IMG/VR virus record: IMGVR_UViG_3300034073_005389
Span: 124,001 to 188,000 of that record
Strand: one strand, 5' to 3'
Length of the DNA: 64,000 nt
Under the pieces are notes generated by a model that had not been told where the DNA came from, made no database searches, and saw only the letters and a program-made list of their open reading frames with translations. Both the position numbers and the translations under genes were made by a program. This document shows positions 58,380-64,000 of this stretch, piece by piece. The stretch's first letter is position 1; every line of letters begins with the position of its first letter.

Positions 58380-58990
58380 AAATTATATTTATCAATAGCT
58401 TGAATTAACTGATTTACTACCATTATAAGAGCTTCATTATTTAATTGATGTTTATGAGTTAAATCATCAAATATCTTACAATGTTTTTCTATAAATTCAA
58501 ATGATTTATCGTCTGGATAATTAATTCTAAATTCTCTCACATGATTAGAGAACTTCATCATAGTTTTTAATATTTCAAAAAAATCATCTTGAAAAGATAA
58601 TTCTATATTATCTACAGATGACGATAATTGCTCAATGATTTTTTTAGCTGCCTTAATTCTAGTAGAACCATCCATATTCATGACAAAATCTACTGGATGA
58701 GCACCTTGTTGGCAACCATAACACCAATATGTATTGGTGTTAGGATAATAATAAAAAGAGGCAGTATTTTCTCTACCTCCTTTGTGATTTTTAAATGGAC
58801 ATACAATTTTTCTGTTACCGTCATCAATCTTAACATGATACATCTTAAAGATTTGAAGAATAGGAACAGAATTTGCTTGTTTAATTAGACCTTGATACCT
58901 ATCTCTTTCATCAAAATCTGCAATATCTCCAGCTTCCCATGATGTCTCGCCATAACTAGTGGGTCCGGAGTTACTTGATAAATTGCGCAT
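58376..58990 (-). CDS. stand-alone primase-type CHC2 zinc-binding domain protein
   Basis: CPFKNHKGGRENTASF...YWCYGCQQG..P.DFV; no TOPRIM domain. Confidence 0.82.
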   Translation of the reverse strand: MRNLSSNSGPTSYGETSWEAGDIADFDERDRYQGLIKQANSVPILQIFKMYHVKIDDGNRKIVCPFKNHKGGRENTASFYYYPNTNTYWCYGCQQGAHPVDFVMNMDGSTRIKAAKKIIEQLSSSVDNIELSFQDDFFEILKTMMKFSNHVREFRINYPDDKSFEFIEKHCKIFDDLTHKHQLNNEALIMVVNQLIQAIDKYNL

Positions 58991-59076
58991 AACTGTATGT
59001 ATTGATTGTATTTTTCTTTTTCTTGGGAAACTAACAATAATAGATAGTCCCGGTTAATTTCTGATAACTTATTCAT
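58885..59076 (-). CDS. small hypothetical protein overlapping the CHC2 gene by 106 nt
   Basis: 63 aa, coupled to the upstream stop; fills an otherwise empty gap. Confidence 0.55.
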   Translation of the reverse strand: MNKLSEINRDYLLLLVSQEKEKYNQYIQLCAIYQVTPDPLVMARHHGKLEILQILMKEIGIKV

Positions 59077-59569
59077 TTACATTTTTTTTGTCAATAGCTT
59101 GTAATTGTTTAATAATTTTTTCAGAAAAAGCGTCTGATTCTATTTTCTTTTCTAACTGAAAAACTTTATATTCTAAATTATTTATTTTGTCTCTTTGAGA
59201 TAAGACTGTTTTAAACAATAAAGTAATCCATCCTAATGAGCCCATACCTTCCTGCTCATTAGGATCATTATTTATTTCAACTGCTAATTGAATCATTTTC
59301 CCTAATGTTTCTCTTTCTAACTCATTAGAAAAAATAGATCTATTTTGAACTAAAGTCTTATCTTCCATCATTTTCTTAAATGATAAAGCTAAGTCAGCTG
59401 CCCTTTGTTTGTATCCAGAAGATTTTTCTTGTATTTCTTTTACTTTCTTGTCAAAATCTTCAGCTGTTGGCTTTTTAGGAATCTTTTCAAAAATAGACTT
59501 TTGAGAACTTACATTTCTTAGCCCTATTTTAGGGGCTATGTTTTTATCCTCTTCCTCGTCAAAGGGCAT
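59069..59569 (-). CDS. hypothetical coiled-coil protein
   Basis: 166 aa with an AAGGA RBS. Confidence 0.75.
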   Translation of the reverse strand: MPFDEEEDKNIAPKIGLRNVSSQKSIFEKIPKKPTAEDFDKKVKEIQEKSSGYKQRAADLALSFKKMMEDKTLVQNRSIFSNELERETLGKMIQLAVEINNDPNEQEGMGSLGWITLLFKTVLSQRDKINNLEYKVFQLEKKIESDAFSEKIIKQLQAIDKKNVNE

Positions 59570-59579
59570 AACAATCCTT

Positions 59580-59858
59580 TCAAGCTCTAGCTACAATTAA
59601 ATATTTTTCAGCCAAAGTAACAGTATATTTGCTGCCAAGAGCTACCTCTAAAGCAGGCAGTACTGAAGGGGCAGAGGGAATGACATATAATTTAGAAGGC
59701 TCTATTGAAATAGGGTTACAATATTTTTCCACTACCTGATCGGGTAGTGCAAACATTTCTATTTTTTTGTCTTTAATTTCTTGCCATATTTTACCGGCTT
59801 CTGTAGCCGCTTCTGGTTTAATAGTTTTATTACTTAGTTTTTTAACTGCTTTACTCAT
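59580..59858 (-). CDS. hypothetical protein
   Basis: 92 aa with an AGGAG RBS. Confidence 0.75.
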   Translation of the reverse strand: MSKAVKKLSNKTIKPEAATEAGKIWQEIKDKKIEMFALPDQVVEKYCNPISIEPSKLYVIPSAPSVLPALEVALGSKYTVTLAEKYLIVARA

Positions 59859-60178
59859 GACTTCTCCTTTTCATTAAATATATCAACAAAAACACTTTTT
59901 AAAGCAGAAGTCATTATTACGCCATTTACCCTAAACTTTTCTTTATTATTAAAATTAATAATAATGGCGGGAATGGAGTCTAATTGATAACGCTTACAAA
60001 TTGCTTTAAAAAAGTCTACATCTATAGCATAGAAAATAATTTTATCTTTGTATTTTTCTTCTATTTTAGAAATCATTGTCGCCATTCTTTTATGGAATGG
60101 CATCCAGGTTGCATAAAAGTACATGCAAGCTACAGGATAATTTAAATTTAACTCATTTTCTGAAGTAATATAAATCAT
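59855..60178 (-). CDS. thioredoxin-fold protein lacking CxxC
   Basis: MYFYATWMPFHKRM...FYAIDVD...YQLDSIPAI..F aligns to thioredoxin, with WCGPC replaced by WMPFH. Confidence 0.75.
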   Translation of the reverse strand: MIYITSENELNLNYPVACMYFYATWMPFHKRMATMISKIEEKYKDKIIFYAIDVDFFKAICKRYQLDSIPAIIINFNNKEKFRVNGVIMTSALKSVFVDIFNEKEKS

Positions 60179-60420
60179 TAGTTTTTATTAAATTTTTCTT
60201 GAGAGTCTGACTCAATCATTTTATTAATCTCTCCAGAATTTAAAGCTTTTTGTAAAATATTTTTTGCAGCTTCTGAAGAAACCTCTTCTACTACTTTAGA
60301 ATATTCTTCTTTTGTAAAGATGCCTTTATTTAATAAAGTTTTTTCTAAAGCAGTAACCCTAAGTAAAATTTCTGCTAACATCATGTAATTTTCTAATGAA
60401 TCGTCTGTTTTTTTGCTCAT
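60178..60420 (-). CDS. hypothetical protein
   Basis: Start moved to 60420 (ATGA overlap with the def stop). Confidence 0.7.
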   Translation of the reverse strand: MSKKTDDSLENYMMLAEILLRVTALEKTLLNKGIFTKEEYSKVVEEVSSEAAKNILQKALNSGEINKMIESDSQEKFNKN

Positions 60421-60965
60421 AATTTTACACCACAACACTTTTTAAATTTTTTAATTTTACCAGTTACAGGATCTGTCTTTCCACATTTGCATGGATCATT
60501 TGGACCCACTTTTTGCTTTTTATTTGTTAAAGGAACGCAAGCATAATCCATGAATAACTTAGAATTTAAGTGATCCAATTCATGCTGACAAACTACAGCT
60601 AATAAACCAGTCGCAATAAAACTAGGAAATGTAGAGAAATTATTTTCTACCAAAATTTCTTGAAACCTAGTAGTATTCTCTACTCTTCCCGGAAAGGATA
60701 AGCACCCTTCATCTTTAAAGATAGAGGGGTGATATGCTTGTTTTATCTTGGCATTAATTAAATTAAAATTAAATTCTCCCAATCTAACAATAGCTATATT
60801 TTTAGCTATACCAATTTGCGGTGCTGCCAAGCCAATTCCGGCTCTGCCCACCCTATTAGAATAGTCTAATTCTTTTTCTAAAGTAGAAATTAACTCTCCA
60901 ACTTCATCTACTAATACATCTTCGCATTTTACTCGAAGAGCGTCTTCATTATTAGTAATTATCAT
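60417..60965 (-). CDS. def: peptide deformylase with C-terminal SEC-C zinc motif
   Basis: GIGLAAPQIG, EGCLS, QHELDHL; tail KVGPNDPCKCG...KKFKKCCG. Confidence 0.92.
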   Translation of the reverse strand: MIITNNEDALRVKCEDVLVDEVGELISTLEKELDYSNRVGRAGIGLAAPQIGIAKNIAIVRLGEFNFNLINAKIKQAYHPSIFKDEGCLSFPGRVENTTRFQEILVENNFSTFPSFIATGLLAVVCQHELDHLNSKLFMDYACVPLTNKKQKVGPNDPCKCGKTDPVTGKIKKFKKCCGVKL

Positions 60966-61003
60966 TTTAAACCTATATATCAGCCAATGTTACAAGGAAG
61001 ATA

Positions 61004-61204
61004 TTAACCACCACAACGACATTTGCCAACTATATTTTTAGGAGGAGATAAATTTATTTTTTTTAAGCAAGCGTTGCATGAATTATCTTTTTTAGCGCAT
61101 GTATCGCATAAAATATAAATATTTATATTTACATCTGATTTACATCTAACACACTTTTTTTTGGTATATGTAAAAGCAAGACTAGTACAGTTAGAACAGA
61201 GCAT
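61004..61204 (-). CDS. small Cys-rich (zinc-finger-like) protein
   Basis: 66 aa with five Cys pairs. Confidence 0.65.
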   Translation of the reverse strand: MLCSNCTSLAFTYTKKKCVRCKSDVNINIYILCDTCAKKDNSCNACLKKINLSPPKNIVGKCRCGG

Positions 61205-61244
61205 AATAATCCTATTAATAAATAATTATTTATTTGGAGGTAGT

Positions 61245-61394
61245 ATGGACGACTTTTTCCCATTTCTTTACAAGAAAGAAGAAAGAAAAAATGAAACACC
61301 TAACTTCTTATATTTAGAATTAGATAATATTGATTACATGCCACCAGAAAAACAAAAAGAAGAAGAAAAAGTTACAATTATTGAAATTTTATAA
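61245..61394 (+). CDS. 49-aa acidic micro-protein
   Basis: GGAGG RBS 4 nt upstream of ATG 61245 (MDDFFPFLY...VTIIEIL); the track's upstream extension overlaps another gene. Confidence 0.6.
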   Translation: MDDFFPFLYKKEERKNETPNFLYLELDNIDYMPPEKQKEEEKVTIIEIL

Positions 61395-61623
61395 TTTTTT
61401 CTATTCTATCAGAAATTTTTGTTTCTTTACTAGAAGAATATTTTAAATATGTATTTACAATATCACGAACTTCACTATAGTCATTGCTAGGATCACTTAT
61501 TTCTAAGCAAGAAATGCAAATTTTAAAATTAGAAATATTAATATCTGATAATTTTTCATTTAATGAATCATTAGGATTAAACTCTTGCGCACAAATAATG
61601 CAATTACAGTTAGACTGACTCAT
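61378..61623 (-). CDS. small zinc-binding hypothetical protein
   Basis: 81 aa, CIIC...CISC. Confidence 0.7.
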   Translation of the reverse strand: MSQSNCNCIICAQEFNPNDSLNEKLSDINISNFKICISCLEISDPSNDYSEVRDIVNTYLKYSSSKETKISDRIEKIIKFQ

Positions 61624-61663
61624 ATTTACCTATATATCATAAATAAATATTCATATTAAATAC

Positions 61664-62176
61664 TCATGAATATTTATCTATGAAAAAGTCCCAGTCTTTA
61701 TGCCAGCTATTTGAGTAATTAAAATAAATAGTTCCATTAAACGAAGGGTGAACTGGTTTCATTTTTAATACTAAACCAGAATCTTCTAGTAATTTATCAC
61801 CTTTTTTATTATTACAAGGCAAGCAAGAAACTACACAATTAGTAAAAGAATTTACCCCACCTCTTGATCTGGGCAAAACATGATCAATTGTTACTTCAGA
61901 AGGCATTAGTTTTTTAAAGCAATACTGACAAGTTTGTCTATCTCTTTTAACTATAGCCTGCCTACTAAAATGAATAAAATGTGGGGCTCGTCTTACGAAA
62001 TGCTTTAATTTTAAAATTGCAGGATAATCTAATTGATCAGAACCATATTTAATTTTATCTTCCCAAATAGACAATACATCTACCTTATCTTTTAGTAATA
62101 GCTTAATAGCTTTTCTATCACAAATAAAAGATAATATCTCATAACTAGAATTTAACAACAAAGTTTTTTTATCCAT
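61664..62176 (-). CDS. HNH endonuclease (McrA-like)
   Basis: LLLNSSYE, RDRQTCQYC, TIDHVLPRSRGG, CLPCNNKKG. Confidence 0.88.
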   Translation of the reverse strand: MDKKTLLLNSSYEILSFICDRKAIKLLLKDKVDVLSIWEDKIKYGSDQLDYPAILKLKHFVRRAPHFIHFSRQAIVKRDRQTCQYCFKKLMPSEVTIDHVLPRSRGGVNSFTNCVVSCLPCNNKKGDKLLEDSGLVLKMKPVHPSFNGTIYFNYSNSWHKDWDFFIDKYS

Positions 62177-62183
62177 GATTACA

Positions 62184-62966
62184 TCAGATGGCTTTCCATT
62201 TAGAATGTAAATCTGCGTACTGACTAGTAGTAACTAAATCATTATATTGTGTAGGAGTAAGATTTTGTAATTTATTTGCAGATACAAATATATCCTCTCC
62301 ATGAGTCATAGGGCTTTCATTTCCAACACAAAGCCAATTAGGTCTTTGTCTTCTAGCAAAGATTTCTATTTTTTTAATACTAGAATCTGGAAACATTAAA
62401 TCTAAAGAGTCTTGTAAGTGCTCTGGCTTAGCTGAATGTTTTAAGTTTTCTCCAAAAGAAACAGATCTTTGAGATTTATTTTTTAAGTGTTTGTAAATTT
62501 TACTATTATTAATGCCAATTAAACATAGTTCATGGGTTTGTCTAAACAGCCTTCCCATATTAAAAGACAATAAACTATTATAGTCATAGTTTTGATAACT
62601 ATCTTGCAATATAGATTGCAATTCTTTTAACGTTAATTGATTAGATTTTTTTGCTTGTTTTAAAATATTTTTACAAAGACTAGCAAAAGGATCTTTTTTA
62701 GACTTTACCCATACATTTACTTGTTTTTGATGAAACCCCCAAGACTTCATTACATCCAAACCTTCTTGTAATAAAGAAGATGGGGTCCATAAGGCTAAAA
62801 TAGCTCCTTCAGGGTCAGCTAAGCTTTTAATTGGTAGGGTTTTTACATTATCAATGGTCATAGTGCTGTAATTAGCAGCCGCGCCCCTAGCTATATCAGA
62901 CATTTTTAATTGATCAGAAAATGACCAAGGTACATCTACACATAAAACATTAAAATAATTTTTCAT
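62184..62966 (-). CDS. MT-A70 family N6-adenine methyltransferase
   Basis: VDVPW (DPPW-like), LALWTP, WVK, GRLFRQTHELCLIG, HSAKP, EIFARR..W...GNE. Confidence 0.85.
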   Translation of the reverse strand: MKNYFNVLCVDVPWSFSDQLKMSDIARGAAANYSTMTIDNVKTLPIKSLADPEGAILALWTPSSLLQEGLDVMKSWGFHQKQVNVWVKSKKDPFASLCKNILKQAKKSNQLTLKELQSILQDSYQNYDYNSLLSFNMGRLFRQTHELCLIGINNSKIYKHLKNKSQRSVSFGENLKHSAKPEHLQDSLDLMFPDSSIKKIEIFARRQRPNWLCVGNESPMTHGEDIFVSANKLQNLTPTQYNDLVTTSQYADLHSKWKAI

Positions 62967-63715
62967 ATTTTCAATATCATTACTGGTAATTCTACATTAG
63001 ATCGAGTGCCATCTATTTGAACGTTTTGATTTACTTCTGCTTTTTCTTTAGATAAAGATTCTCTTTTCTTAACTGTAACTTTATAATTGCCTAATGGCAA
63101 AGAAGCCATCCACTTACCACTTCCATTTGTTCTAGTTTTAGAAACTGTTTCTAAACTCTCAGCATTTACGATTTCTACATCTGCTAGAAATATTCCTTTT
63201 CCATTTTTATCAACCACTCTTTGAACTACTGGAACAGAAGAGTCTGCTGCGGCTATAACTTTATTTTCTTTTTTAGCAGCTTCTTTTGGTTGATCCGGCA
63301 CAATAATTTCTGCAGGAGTATCTTTCATACTTGGCAATTGCATCGGAAAAACGACTTGATTAGAGGCATTATTCTTGTTTAAGTACTTATCATCGCCTGC
63401 AAAAGTCTCTGGTCTAGAAGTTCTTCTAAATCCCAATGGCTGTTCTTCTAACAATATTTTATTTTCAGAAGAAATTGGAATGTTTTTTTCGTTAGGAACA
63501 CTAGGATGTGTCACAGTATTAACCGCTTCAACTACAATTTTATTGCTAGTAGATGCGCCTTTATCTAATTTATTTATTTTTTCCATTAAAGAATTTAATT
63601 TATTAGATAATAATTTAATGTTTAAATCTTGATTACGACATATACTCAACAAAGTATTAATTTTAGATTCTAGTTCTAGAATGATATCTGTCGCTTTCCT
63701 GGGCTCTTGGCTCAT
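62963..63715 (-). CDS. hypothetical protein, N-terminal coiled coil and C-terminal transthyretin-like beta-sandwich
   Basis: VVDKNGKGIFLADVEI...TRTNGSGKW...LPLGNYKVTV. Confidence 0.7.
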   Translation of the reverse strand: MSQEPRKATDIILELESKINTLLSICRNQDLNIKLLSNKLNSLMEKINKLDKGASTSNKIVVEAVNTVTHPSVPNEKNIPISSENKILLEEQPLGFRRTSRPETFAGDDKYLNKNNASNQVVFPMQLPSMKDTPAEIIVPDQPKEAAKKENKVIAAADSSVPVVQRVVDKNGKGIFLADVEIVNAESLETVSKTRTNGSGKWMASLPLGNYKVTVKKRESLSKEKAEVNQNVQIDGTRSNVELPVMILKI

Positions 63716-63722
63716 AAATCCT

Positions 63723-64000
63723 CTAATCTAGAAAAACACCAATTTTGATTGGCACTTTTTTTAAAACAATTAAATCGCTAACTGGTATAGGCTCTCCGCC
63801 ACAAAGCTCATGTTCGCCAAAAGCTAAATTTTTTACTTGCTCCTCTACTTTATCTAAAGTACCAGAACAAACAACCACATCATTCACTAGCAATAAATAA
63901 TCTTTATCTTCTAAATTTTCAATTACAGAAAGAATATCTTCTTCTGTCTTTTGTAATTTTGGTTTTTCTTGCTTAATTGTAACAGAATCAGAAAGTCCCA
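63723..64000 (-). CDS. hypothetical protein, 3' part only
   Basis: Manual translation ...ENLEDKDYLLLVNDVVVCSG...LKKVPIKIGVFLD*, open to the window edge. Confidence 0.65.
   Translation of the reverse strand, partial: GLSDSVTIKQEKPKLQKTEEDILSVIENLEDKDYLLLVNDVVVCSGTLDKVEEQVKNLAFGEHELCGGEPIPVSDLIVLKKVPIKIGVFLD

Noticed and set aside
19972-61663. tRNA or other structured ncRNA genes in intergenic gaps
   Set aside because: The gaps are short and AT-rich; no cloverleaf, T-loop GTTC motif or long structured element was recognised by eye (tRNAscan and Infernal not run)
424-63632. The many short plus-strand ORFs of the track (e.g. 424..750, 10495..10821, 16664..17167, 26682..27053, 38846..39238) and short nested minus-strand ORFs
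   Set aside because: Fully overlapped by long genes with recognisable motifs; no family motifs recognised
1-64000. Alternative genetic code (stop-codon recoding, seen in some large phages)
   Set aside because: Genes are full-length and tightly packed under code 11, and TAA, TAG (e.g. 73-75) and TGA (e.g. the dnaE stop) all end genes at sensible positions
1-64000. Eukaryotic giant virus or bacterial chromosome
   Set aside because: Terminase plus portal, gp32/46/47-like genes, Shine-Dalgarno motifs and the lack of housekeeping operons point to a tailed jumbo phage

Overview
This window is a 64 kb piece of an AT-rich (roughly 28-30% GC by eye) jumbo tailed bacteriophage genome, read in the standard bacterial code, with almost every gene on the minus strand. 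The left half (1-32 kb) is a head-morphogenesis region. It holds a GpA-type large terminase, a portal protein with a 418-aa LAGLIDADG intein, a tyrosine/dual-specificity phosphatase, a GH73-like wall hydrolase, a CCA/poly(A)-type nucleotidyltransferase and many unknown proteins that share a hydrophobic-K-x-A motif. The right half (32-64 kb) is a replication/recombination and host-takeover region: DnaE, DnaG split over two distant genes, RecA/UvsX, a gp32-like SSB, RuvC, SbcCD/gp46-47, dNMP kinase, DnaJ, trigger factor, a peptide deformylase fused to SEC-C, an MT-A70 methylase, a full-length secreted vWA-PilY1 pilus-tip adhesin, and several HNH/GIY-YIG endonucleases. The best candidate for an undescribed system is a tandem array of four large paralogues (3.7-16.9 kb). 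They have conserved N- and C-terminal modules, K-x-A motifs at the module borders, an amphipathic helix right after the second motif, and highly divergent middles; this looks like a protease-processed, polymorphic capsid-cargo or ejection-protein system. All functional calls come from motif recognition by eye; no database searches were run. No tRNA, rRNA or CRISPR array was recognised.
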